NCBI RefSeq assembly: GCF_006345805.1
Contig: NC_043019.1
Span: forward strand, 124,001 to 188,000
Source of the DNA: Octopus sinensis
Taxonomy: Eukaryota
Reading direction: 5' to 3'
Length of the DNA stretch: 64,000 nt
Position numbers and translations under genes: made by a program. Shown piece by piece: positions 1 to 10,634 of the stretch. A model generated the notes under the pieces. It saw only the letters and a list, made by a program, of their open reading frames with translations, was not told the origin of the DNA and did not search any database. The stretch's first letter is position 1; each line of letters begins with the position of its first letter.

Positions 1-301
1 AAATAAGTACCAGTTAGGCACTGGTGTCGTTATAATCAATTTAATCCGTTTGTCTGTCCTTGTTTGTCCCCTCTGTGTTTAGCACCTTGTAGGTAATAAA
101 GAAATAGGTATTTTGTCTGCCGCTGTTGTAGTGTGTATGTGTGTTAGCGATTACGCCCTGTAATCTAGTGGTTCGGCCAAAAAACCGATGGATCATGTAC
201 TAGATCTTTTAAAAATTAGTCCTGGGGTCAACTAAAATCTTTCAAGGTAGTGTTCCAGCATGGCCGCAGTCACATGAGTGAAACTAGTAAAAGAATAAGA
301 G

Positions 302-475
302 AATAGGAGTGGCTGTGTGGTAAGTTCATTGCTTACCAGCCACATGGTTCTGGGTTCAGTTTCACTGCGTGGCACCTTGCGCAAGTGTCTTCTACTATAG
401 CCTCGGGCCGACCAGAGCCTTGTGAGTGGGTTTGGTAGACGGAAACTGAAAGAAGCCGGTCGTATATATGTATAC

Positions 476-511
<36 letters not shown>

Positions 512-735
512 ATGTTTGTGTGTCTGGGTTTGCCCCCCGCCACACACACACACATCGCTAGACAACCGATGCTGGTGTGTTTACGTCCCCGTATTGTAGC
601 GGTTCGGCAAAAGAGTCCGATAGAATAAGTACTAGGCTTACAAAGAATAAGTGCTGGGGTCGATTTGCTCGACTAAAGACGGTGCTCCAGCATGGCCACA
701 TTCAAATGACCGAAAAGAGAAAAGCGTAAAAGAGA
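302..735 (+). mobile_element. Composite tRNA-derived SINE (tRNA-like head, internal (TA)n/(TG)n tract, conserved 3' module)
   Basis: Head ggagtggctgtgtggtaag...ggttctgggttcagt...ccttg(g)gcaagtgtcttc, then a microsatellite, then ...ggggtcgatttgctcgactaaa...gctccagcatggcc. More than 12 similar copies occur in the window. Confidence 0.8.
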
Positions 736-751
736 AAGGGTAATAAATACA

Positions 752-1560
752 TATTCAAGGAGGGAGTAAAGGAAAAAAAACTGGGTTAAATCCATTATGT
801 CAACTGTTCTACAAAACCTGACATATCAGTTACGTTGTCATAGTGAGGTCATTCGTTATAGTATCGCCTTAAGCAATCTGCTATCCTATTTGGTTATGAA
901 ACAATGAAATTCGAACCTGATTCTTTGTTTTCTGTTTGCTTCGAACATTTTAAGAATGTTTATCCTGATTTAAAATGTCAGACGAAACTACTGAATCGGA
1001 AAACTGGTGGTGCGTATGTATGTATGTACAACCTGTTGCATGGTCGGGTTATCGGCGACTAAACCGGCAACCCCACCAAGCTTGCTTGATGAGGAGGGTG
1101 TTTATTGGACACCTTGCGGAATGTAAAACAAAACCTGTTAAAGGGAGGAGGAACTCTTGAGAGTCAACGGCCATCCAGTAAATGTCTTAAGGCTGTATCA
1201 TGTGCGGGACATTGAAATAATCGGGCTGAATACCTGATCGCGCGGTTAAACCATTGGGAGTGAAGGACTCCTAGCCTTTGTAAGGGCATCCTTTTAGGAG
1301 AAGGTAACTGAAGTAGCTGGGATAACTCCGACATGAAACCTGCGGCTCAGTGGTTACCGATGATGTTGACTTGTTCTTCTTTTCGGATTATGGCTGCTGT
1401 TGCTTAGTGAGTGAGATTGACTCAGTGCACAGCCTTTCCCCACTTAAAAAAAATCTTCTTGCACAGGCATTGCACGATAACAACATTGATTAAGCTTCGT
1501 GCAATGGCCATACACGATAACGAGGGGGCAGCCACCATGTATGTATGTATGTATGTATGT
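752..1560 (+). mobile_element. Non-autonomous RTE-like LINE derivative with (ATGT)n tail
   Basis: No ORF. The 5'UTR-like segment resembles RTE leaders, it ends in (atgt)n, and an inverted, moderately diverged copy lies at 52843-53636. Confidence 0.55.
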
Positions 1561-1609
1561 ATGTATTATGCTCGCATGTACGTGTGTATGTATGTATATA
1601 TATATATAT

Positions 1610-1693
<84 letters not shown>

Positions 1694-1696
1694 ATA

Positions 1697-2535
1697 TAAG
1701 TTTAACAATTAAGGATAATCTCTTAATAAGGGATCTTAACAAGAAATTATCGGGTAGTTAGCGTGAAAACCTCATAAAAGAAAAGAATTCGAAAATAATT
1801 TTTTTCTTTTGAACAAATTAATTATATCTATATTGTATAGAGGGCATTATTACACATAAATGCCTCACACTAAGAGGGACAAAGTCATTACTACCAAAAT
1901 TATACTAATCATACCTAAATGCAGTTTTTCAAAGCATTTTTTTAAATGTCTTGCTTTGAAAAACTGCATTTAGGTACGATTAGTATAATTTTGGTAGTAA
2001 TGACTTTGTCCCTCTTAGTGTGAGGCATTTATGTGTAATAATGCCCTCTATACAATATAGATATAATTAATTTGTTCAAAAGAAAAAAATTATTTTCGAA
2101 TTCTTTTCTTTTATGAGGTTTTCACGCTAACTACCCGATAATTTCTTGTTAAGATCCCTTATTAAGAGATTATCCTTAATTGTTAAACTTATTCCGAAAT
2201 ACTTTTCATTACCCGACATGCAGTTCGTAAAAAGCCTGCCATTTACCGGATATATGATTTATAAACATTCCATGTGCTTGGCCGGAGTAGGCAGTTGTCT
2301 GTTCGTCTTCGCTACGTAAGGTTGGTTGTTTATTTATGATGTGTTCAGAATCAGTTCTGCTGATGATCATAAGACGTAAGTTGAATGTGAAATCACGGTG
2401 ATACAGAACTAAATTCATTTTTTTAAATGTCTTGCTTTGAAAAACTGCATTTAGGTATGATTAGTATAATTTTGGTAGTAATGACTTTGTCCCTCTTAGT
2501 GTGAGGCATTTATGTGTAATAATGCCCTCTATACA

Positions 2536-2540
<5 letters not shown>
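1697..2540. mobile_element. Non-autonomous PLE terminal-repeat structure (inverted plus tandem pseudo-LTR) inserted in (TA)n
   Basis: Palindrome 1697-2191 with ~240-bp arms and a ~15-nt spacer; direct repeat of ~1936-2058 at ~2417-2540; hammerhead between them. Confidence 0.75.
2354..2409 (+). ncRNA. Type I hammerhead ribozyme motif
   Basis: gttctg-CTGATGA-(short stem II)-GAAA-tcacggtga-TA-cagaac; stem I is perfect and stem III is near-palindromic. Confidence 0.75.
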
Positions 2541-2576
<36 letters not shown>

Positions 2577-2670
2577 TATCTATATATATATATATATAAA
2601 TACATACACATAAATATATACATATATATACATATATATATATATATACATATATACACATATATCTATC

Positions 2671-2715
<45 letters not shown>

Positions 2716-5575
2716 CCACGACGTCTACACATTTCTCACCTTGAACTTTCAACCTTGAACTTGTTCGCATAAACTGTCCCGTTTGTTGTATTTTTATTTT
2801 CTCTTATATTACCACTTTTTTTTACATTCATTTCATGCTTTCCACATTTTCCTGCATTTTTGTTCTCCTTTCCGTCTTTCTTCCCTCTCTGGATGTCCAT
2901 ACTCCGTTTCCTCTGCCTGCACCCCCCTTTTTTGCCTCCCCCTCTCTCTGCTTCCCTTCTTTCTTTCCCTTTTCTGTTTGCCCCGTCTTTTCTGCCCCTA
3001 TCGCTTACTTATCTAGTTTTTTCATACGATTATTATTTTTTTGTTTTTCTGAACGTTTGTTTTTCCCCTTTTTTCGCTATCCTTTTTTTCTATTGTTTTC
3101 ATACGATAATATTTGTTTTTTGTTTTTTTTCGAACGTTTTTTTCCGCTATCCCATCATGCCGGATCCTAGGTCCTACCTCCTCACCCTCCATCACCGTTT
3201 GAAGGATCATCTCCGTTCGCTCCCTGTATATTGCCTTCAGCCGTCCGTTAATCTCTCTCTACTTCTTTTTAAAAAAACCGCTTCGCTAGCCAAGTCTCTT
3301 TCCTAAGCCGCTGCATACATCACCGACTCATCCCTAAAGGTTTCCGCCTCCACTTCCACCCTGCTCTCCACTCGGATTCTTCCATCTTACCCATACTCCG
3401 CACCACATCTTACCGCCTTATGCGGGCCACCATTCGCTCCAATCTCTCCAAACTACATGCCATCAACCGCCTTCTTCCTCCTGCTTTCTCCACTTCTTCT
3501 CCTCTCTGCCGCCTCTCTATGCTCCAAACACGCTACGCTTCATTATCCATTTGAATCAACTCTTCCATCAATTTCTTTCTGATACCAAACTTCGTAAACT
3601 CCAATCACTCTTTCATTCCACCCTACCCGACGCCACTACCCCAACTCCTCCACCACCCTTCTCCCCTCCCGATAGGCTCCATCCACCCACACCTAACCCC
3701 ACTGCCCCTTCCTACAACCCCTTCTCCCCTCCCGATAGGCTCCATCCACCTACACCTAACCCTACTGCCCCGCCCAACCACCCCCACACACCTCCCCAAT
3801 CCCTCCCCCTCAGACCTCCACGAGACCTACCACCCCTCCTACTTCTATTCCACCCACCCCTTCTCCACTTCCGTCTGTTGTTACCATTCCCCCCGATCTT
3901 CCCCTCTCTGCGGCTGAACGCTCCGTCCTTGGTAGGGGTCTGCGTTTCATCCCCCTCACTCCATCCTGTAAGGAATTCCAGACGCGAGTTGATGTCCACA
4001 GCTTTGTGCGCCGTGTCCGGTTGGGTGCGCATTACCACGACTCGCCACCCACACCCAACGAAGAGGACTGCTTCACTGACCTGGGCCGCCGACCATCCCC
4101 GTGGACGCCTGCCCCTGGCCAGATCCTAGCAGTGGATCTTTTCGCGGGCGCTTGTCAGCGTGCATTGGAGCGGTTCAACTTCTCCAGGCACCAACGCCGC
4201 CTCAACATCTCCCCGGCTGAGCTCTTGGCTCTTCGTTCCCTCCAACGGCGCGCTGACATTATCATCAAACCGGCTGACAAGGGTGGAGCTGTAGTGGTGT
4301 GGCGCGCGGACCTCTATAGGGCCGAGGCTTTCCGCCAACTCAATGACACCTCCTTCTATTCCCCTCTGCCCTCTAACCCCACACTTGGCTACCAACAGAC
4401 GGTATCCTCTACTGTCCACGACCTCATCTCGTCCTCCCGTCTCCCCCACACCGCATCCAACCTAATTGTGCGAACCCCACGTACCCCCACCATTTACTTC
4501 CTCCCCAAAATCCACAAACCCAACAACCCTGGCCGCCCCATCGTCTCAGCCTGTAACTGCCCCACGGAGCTCATCTCTAAATACCTCGACCGTGTCCTTG
4601 CCCCCCTAGTGGCATCTCTTCCCTCCCACATCCACGATACCAACCATGCTCTCCGGCTTTTCAACTCTTTCTCCTTTCCTCCCGGCTCCTCCAAAATCCT
4701 TTTTACTATGGACATCCAAAGCCTCTATAATGTTATCCCTCGCCACGAAGGACTGCAGGCACTTCGACACTTTCTTGACCTCCGCTCTAACCCTGTACCT
4801 GACATCTCCACACTCATTCGTCTGGCCGAACTTGTCCTTACTCTGAACTGCTTCTCGTTCGCGGGCGAGTTCTACCATCAGGTCTCGGGAGTGGCCATGG
4901 GAACGCGAATGGGCCCCAACTATGCGAACCTGTTCGTTGGCTATGTTGAGGCCCAAATATTCTCTAATTTCACTGGTCCCACTCCTGAACTATATGGTCG
5001 TTACATTGACGACATTATCGGTGCCACCTCACTCTCCCGCGAACATCTAGATTCCTTCCTCTCTTTCGTCCAATCTTTCCATCTAGCCCTCCACTTCACT
5101 TCCACTATCTCCAACACCTCTGTCTCCTTCCTCGACATTTCGGTTAGCATTCTTCACTCCAATCTTACCACCTCCATTCACTACAAACACACAGACTCAC
5201 ACTCATACCTCAACTTCTCTTCCTCCCATCCAGAACACACCAAGCTTTCCATCCCCTATTCCCAATTCCTCCGTCTACATAGGCTCTGTAGTGACGACCA
5301 TGACTTTGAGACTCAGTCTCAACGTATGGCTCACCACTTCACCCTACGTGGATACCCCCTCACCACTATCCACACTGCCCTTGCCAGAGCACGGTCCGTG
5401 GACCGTGTATCTGCTCTCTCTCCCCGAACCCGCCCTGTAGTCTCCCGCCTCCCTTTTCCCCTCACTTACCACCCCACGACCCTACGTCTCCAACGCACCA
5501 TTCTTCGAGCTTTCCGTCATCTCCAGTCCGACCCGTCCACTTCACACCTCTTCCCTAACCGACCCCTCCCCTCTT
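2716..5575 (+). mobile_element. Penelope-like retroelement, near full-length 5' part, truncated after RT
   Basis: Frameshifted N-terminal coding (RLIPKGF motif near 3320), RT ORF 4006-5577, C-rich sense strand. Confidence 0.9.
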
Positions 5576-5577
5576 GA
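4006..5577 (+). CDS. Penelope-type reverse transcriptase (truncated; ORF start is not an ATG)
   Basis: IIIKPADKGGAVVVW, LPKIHK...PGRPIVS, DIQSLY, GVAMGTRMGP and YGRYIDD motifs. Confidence 0.9.
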   Translation: MRRVRLGAHYHDSPPTPNEEDCFTDLGRRPSPWTPAPGQILAVDLFAGACQRALERFNFSRHQRRLNISPAELLALRSLQRRADIIIKPADKGGAVVVWRADLYRAEAFRQLNDTSFYSPLPSNPTLGYQQTVSSTVHDLISSSRLPHTASNLIVRTPRTPTIYFLPKIHKPNNPGRPIVSACNCPTELISKYLDRVLAPLVASLPSHIHDTNHALRLFNSFSFPPGSSKILFTMDIQSLYNVIPRHEGLQALRHFLDLRSNPVPDISTLIRLAELVLTLNCFSFAGEFYHQVSGVAMGTRMGPNYANLFVGYVEAQIFSNFTGPTPELYGRYIDDIIGATSLSREHLDSFLSFVQSFHLALHFTSTISNTSVSFLDISVSILHSNLTTSIHYKHTDSHSYLNFSSSHPEHTKLSIPYSQFLRLHRLCSDDHDFETQSQRMAHHFTLRGYPLTTIHTALARARSVDRVSALSPRTRPVVSRLPFPLTYHPTTLRLQRTILRAFRHLQSDPSTSHLFPNRPLPS

Positions 5578-5634
5578 AGACGGGAAGGATTGCTTCCCTT
5601 CGCAAATACTGATAGGGCACAGAAAGTGTGTGTG

Positions 5635-5692
<58 letters not shown>

Positions 5693-5745
5693 CTGAGATA
5701 GATAGATAGATAGATAGATATAGATAGATAGATAGATAGATAGAT

Positions 5746-5782
<37 letters not shown>

Positions 5783-6053
5783 GATAAATCTCAGAGCGAG
5801 TATATGTATTTGTGAAGGGAACCGACTTCTCATCGACAACTATGATTGTCACACGCCGATGACGGGTCAATACTCTGAAACTCGAGTCCGTGTGTATCAT
5901 AAGTTGAAGACTGGAAGGATGGCTTCCCTTCGCAAGTACTGATAGGGCACATAATGTGTGTCTATAGCCAGCTGGAGGAGGTATCCTCCTGGGGCTACAA
6001 ACTACAGTAGCATCCACCCTTAGGGGTTAGCCATATTCAAATGGCAAATATAC

Positions 6054-6055
<2 letters not shown>
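5574..6055 (+). mobile_element. Retrozyme-like hammerhead repeat (partial copy, microsatellite, second copy); uninterrupted allele of the Tx1 target
   Basis: ttgaagac...cttcccttcgcaa..actgatagggcaca at ~5574 and again at ~5904. Homologous to 56333-56615, 61945-62176 and 30400-30640. Confidence 0.75.
5850..5894 (+). ncRNA. Minimal type I hammerhead (core U4C variant, GUC site)
   Basis: cacacg-CCGATGA-cgggt caat actct-GAAA-ctcgag-TC-cgtgtg; stem III is the palindrome CTCGAG. Confidence 0.75.
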
Positions 6056-6095
<40 letters not shown>

Positions 6096-6440
6096 ATATT
6101 GAATATATATTTTTGATATATTTCATATATTTCACATCCTTCTTCAGCACAGCTTTCCATTGAAAAAGATTTATCATAGATTTATCAAATGCTACGTACC
6201 TCAAACCTTCTGACCATGCGACATCAAAATGTTTGAAGAAAGTGAGCAAAAGCTAAACCTACATAGACGTTTGAATTCGTAAATCTTCCCTCCAAAATTT
6301 TGCCATGCGCACTACAAAAATAGTTCTATGTGATTAGGAACTATTGGGTTGTCATAAGGGAGTGAAAAATCCAAATAGTAATATAATAATAAGAGTAAAT
6401 AATTTCTATAAAGGCTTTTAAAAAAAAACCAATTATTTAC

Positions 6441-8718
6441 TGTTATCCCTCACCACGAAGGACTGCAGGCACTTCGACACTTTCTTGACCTCCGCTCTAA
6501 CCCTGTACCTGACATCTCCACACCCATTCGTCTGGCCGAACTTGTCCTTACTCTGAACTGCTTCTCGTTCGCGAGCGAGTTCTACCATCAGGTCTCGGGA
6601 GTGGCCATGGGAACGCGAATGGGCCCCAACTATGCGAACCTGTTCGTTGGCTATGTTGAGGCCCAAATATTCTCTAATTTCACTGGTCCCACTCCTGAAC
6701 TATATGGTCGTTACATTGACGACATTATCGGTGCCACCTCACTCTCCCGCGAACATCTAGATTCCTTCCTCTCTTTCGTCCAATCTTTCCATCTAGCCCT
6801 CCACTTCACTTCCACTATCTCCAACACCTCTGTCTCCTTCCTCGACATTTCGGTTAGCATTCTTCACTCCAATCTTACCACCTCCATTCACTACAAACAC
6901 ACAGACTCACACTCATACCTCAACTTCTCTTCCTCCCACCCAGAACACACCAAGCTTTCCATCCCCTATTCCCAATTCCTCCGTCTACATAGGCTCTGTA
7001 GTGACGACCATGACTTTGAGACTCAGTCTCAACGTATGGCTCACCACTTCACCCTACGTGGATACCCCCTCACCACTATCCACACTGCCCTTGCCAGAGC
7101 ACGGTCCGTGGACCGTGTATCTGCTCTCTCTCCCCGAACCCGCCCTGTAGTCTCCCGCCTCCCTTTTCCCCTCACTTACCACCCCACGACCCTACGTCTC
7201 CAACGCACCATTCTTCGAGCTTTCCGTCATCTCCAGTCCGACCCGTCCACTTCACACCTCTTCCCTAACCGACCCCTCCCCTCTTTCAAACGAGCCCACA
7301 ACCTTCGAGACCTTTTGGTCCATAGCTCCTTCCCTGACCCTACCTCCCAACCCGGCTCGTTCCCCTGCTCCCACCCACGTTGCCGCACTTGCCCTTACCT
7401 CTCCAACACCACCCGCCTCACTAGCACCCACCATCGACCCTATCCCATCATCCACTCCTTCACCTGCACCTCCAGCAATATTATCTATTGCATCTCTTGC
7501 TCTCTCTGCAATTCCTTGTACATCGGACAAACGGGACGCCGCTTGGCTGACCGGTTCGCGGAACACCTTCGTGACATCCACCTTGCGAACGACACACCGG
7601 TCTCACGTCATTTCCGCTCCACCGGTCACTCCTTGCAACACCTATCTGTGTTCGGTTTGTCCTTACACAGAGGCCATCCGGATTCCCGTTTGCGCCGTGA
7701 ACAGGAATTAATCTTCTCTCTTCGCTCTTATACGCCATTTGGTCTCAACTCTCCCCCCCCCTCATCTAACCCCCCTCTCCCCCCTCCTCACCTATCCTTT
7801 CCCCCCGACCCCTACTTCTTCAGTCCTTCATCCTTTCACCCCTCCTCCCCTTCCCTTCTTCCCTCTTTCTCCCTCCCTCCTTCCCTCTGCTCCCTCACTC
7901 CCTCACTCCCCTTCTCTCTCCCCCTCTCCATCTTTCCTCCTTCCTCCCCTCCTTCCTCCCCCTCCTTCATCCCCCTTCTCCCCCTCCACCCCATCCCCTC
8001 TTCTTCCCCTCCCCTTCTCTCCCCCTCCTCTCTTCTCCTCACTACACCACACGACTTTACACATCACATCATATATGATGTGCCATACTAATACATACAC
8101 CAACTAATACATACTAATACATACACCAACTAATACATACTAATACATACTAATACATACACCAACCCTATACATACACACGTCCAGACCCCTCATACGC
8201 ACTTATACTCTCTCATACACACACACACACTTATACATACTAATACGTACTAATACATACTAATACATACACCAACCCCATACATACGCACGTCCAGACC
8301 AATCCTACGCACTAATACTCTCTCATACACACACACTCACACACTTATACATACTAATACATATACCAACCCTATACATACACACGTCCAGACCCCTCCT
8401 ACGCACTATTAGCTGGTCCTTCAACCCTATTATCAACCCTATTATCTCCCCTTATTTCGCTCTCGCGTCTCATGTTTGATCTTTGACCTCTGGCCGAAAT
8501 CAGATCGCCATGTTGATTCGTTAGATACTGCACGCATTTTTTTTCTCTCCTTCTTTCTGTGTTTTTTTTCTCTCTGTGTATCTTTCTGTTGAAGAGCGTA
8601 GGCTCGAAACGTTAAAGACTTGTTTTATTTATATTTCCTGAGCGCCATACTAATACAATTGTTCGTTTGTTTTCCACCTGCCTTCGTCTTTTGTCTATTT
8701 TCATAAAGCTTCCCGTTA
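6441..8718 (+). mobile_element. Penelope-like element 3' part (duplicated RT segment, GIY-YIG endonuclease, 3' tail)
   Basis: 6441-7285 repeats 4731-5575 with ~4 substitutions, then continues into the endonuclease, a polypyrimidine tract, (ctaatacata)n repeats and the tail. Confidence 0.9.
6601..8091 (+). CDS. Penelope RT C-terminus plus GIY-YIG endonuclease (last ~100 aa are low-complexity read-through)
   Basis: YGRYIDD; CSHPRCRTC; IIYCISCSLCNSLYIGQTGRRLADRFAEH; RREQELIFSL. Confidence 0.85.
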   Translation: MAMGTRMGPNYANLFVGYVEAQIFSNFTGPTPELYGRYIDDIIGATSLSREHLDSFLSFVQSFHLALHFTSTISNTSVSFLDISVSILHSNLTTSIHYKHTDSHSYLNFSSSHPEHTKLSIPYSQFLRLHRLCSDDHDFETQSQRMAHHFTLRGYPLTTIHTALARARSVDRVSALSPRTRPVVSRLPFPLTYHPTTLRLQRTILRAFRHLQSDPSTSHLFPNRPLPSFKRAHNLRDLLVHSSFPDPTSQPGSFPCSHPRCRTCPYLSNTTRLTSTHHRPYPIIHSFTCTSSNIIYCISCSLCNSLYIGQTGRRLADRFAEHLRDIHLANDTPVSRHFRSTGHSLQHLSVFGLSLHRGHPDSRLRREQELIFSLRSYTPFGLNSPPPSSNPPLPPPHLSFPPDPYFFSPSSFHPSSPSLLPSFSLPPSLCSLTPSLPFSLPLSIFPPSSPPSSPSFIPLLPLHPIPSSSPPLLSPSSLLLTTPHDFTHHIIYDVPY

Positions 8719-8741
8719 TATATATATATATATATATATAC

Positions 8742-8966
8742 ACAAAATAAAAATAAATAATAAACATATAAAAAATATAAAATTATATACATATTATTTG
8801 TTATTTATGTATTGGTTTATGTCTATCACTGTTTGAGTTGCATAATAGTTGTTTTATCTCTAATTCATATTTTATACACACACACACACAGACATATATA
8901 TATATGTATGTGTGTGTATTAGACATGGCCTGGACCAATCTTTGGTCGAAACATATCTAAGTTTTA
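8742..8966. repeat. ~230-270-bp AT-rich repeat 'unit A' flanked by (TA)n
   Basis: Reverse-complement copies at 55397-55665, 56071-56312 and 63609-63832. Confidence 0.8.
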
Positions 8967-8987
8967 CATATATATATATATATATAT

Positions 8988-10056
8988 TGTTATGGTTTGG
9001 CTAGTGCAGTATTTCTTGACCCACTTTTGGGAGTGGCGCCGGCACGTCTGGAAGAAAAGCAACAGCCCTTTGTTTACTGGAAGAGTAATGGCTTTTTGGA
9101 GGGACCTTTTGGCCTTGTGCGGTCGATTGGGGGTCAGAGAGATGTGAGGGCCGAAGAAGAGGAAGAATCTAGCAGTAGTGAGAAAGATAGAGTAAGGGAT
9201 CTGAGAGCTGTCATGAGAGAATGACAGCAGCAGCGCGGTAGAGTTAGGCAGTTAAGGCTGAGAGCAGATAGAGAGGGTATAAGCAGTAGAGACAGATGGA
9301 GGGGTAGTGATAGAGGGTCAGTTGGTATTCGGTCGTCAAAGAGAGCAGTCGGATTTTGGTCGTCAGAGCAAGTAGTTGGCGGTTTTGGAGCATTGGGACA
9401 GAAGGAGATATATACAGAGAGATAGGCGGCCGTTGGAGAGGAACTACAATATGGGACACTGGCAATTCTAATTAGGAATTAAGGTACGTGAATTGTGTAT
9501 TGATATGTGTAGAAAAAGAAGGACAAGGAATCGAAATGAACAGTGAAAAGAAATGAGACAGTGAAAAGAACATTGTGAATTGAGAAAAGGACTTGTCGAT
9601 GTGTCGATTATCGAGTTGTGGTATTTATGTTCAGAATTGTGTTGATACATGTTGCAAAAGAAAATAGAAAAAGACTTTAAAGAACTGTGAACGTTATCTG
9701 TGATGTGTTTTGAAATAGAACTGTGTCTTCGGACGTGTACCTTTGAAATGCTGATATATTGACCTTGTTGTGTCGTTACCGGACGGTTATATTGTTATTT
9801 GCATGTTTAAATGCTTTGATCTGTTGTATACCTGTATTGATTTGTTGTTTCCTTTAAATGCTTTGATGTTGTAACCATTGATTGTCATAAACTAGTTGTT
9901 AAATGTAAGCCAGTTGTTGCCTTGCCGTTTTGTGTCTCTCTCGGTTGCCTCTCTGTATCTCTCTGTGTTGCTGCTGTTGTTGTGTAGGGTATCTCTCCTC
10001 TTTGGGTTCCGTGGCGAACTTGCCCGTTCGGGCGAGCGGCGACGGGTGATTCCGTA

Positions 10057-10059
<3 letters not shown>
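8988..10059 (+). mobile_element. Probable solo LTR (~1.07 kb) inserted in (TA)n
   Basis: Begins TGTTAT and ends ...ccGTAAAA, one change from GTAACA; no ORF; (TA)n on both sides; mirror copy at 62516-63587. Confidence 0.5.
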
Positions 10060-10117
<58 letters not shown>

Positions 10118-10145
10118 TATGCTCGCAAGTACGTGTGTATGTATG

Positions 10146-10285
<140 letters not shown>

Positions 10286-10404
10286 CATCTCTCTCTCTCT
10301 ATATATATATATACATACATACACATAAATATATACATATATATATATGCATATATACACATACATCTATCTATGTATATATATAAATATATATATATAT
10401 ATAT

Positions 10405-10634
10405 CGTGACGCATATTTGTCATTTGAATATGGCTTACCCATAAGGTTGGATGCTACTGTAGTTTGTAGCCCCAGGAAGATATCTCCTCCAGCTGGCTAT
10501 AGACACACTATCTGTGTCCTTTCAGTATTTGTGAAGGGGAGTCATCCCCCCCGTCTTCAACACATGATACACACGTACCCGAGTTTCAAGGTGTTTACCT
10601 TTCATCAGCGTGTGACAATCATGGTTGTCGACGA
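10405..10634 (-). mobile_element. Retrozyme-like hammerhead repeat, 3' flank of the minus-strand Tx1 copy
   Basis: Exact reverse complement of 61945-62176. Confidence 0.75.
10570..10614 (-). ncRNA. Minimal type I hammerhead ribozyme
   Basis: Reverse complement of 61965-62009. Confidence 0.8.

Noticed and set aside
8581-8620. Hammerhead-like motif in the Penelope tail (ctgttgaagagcgtaggctcgaaacgtt)
   Set aside because: Stem II and GAAA are present, but I cannot fit a valid core in register, so it is not counted as a ribozyme.
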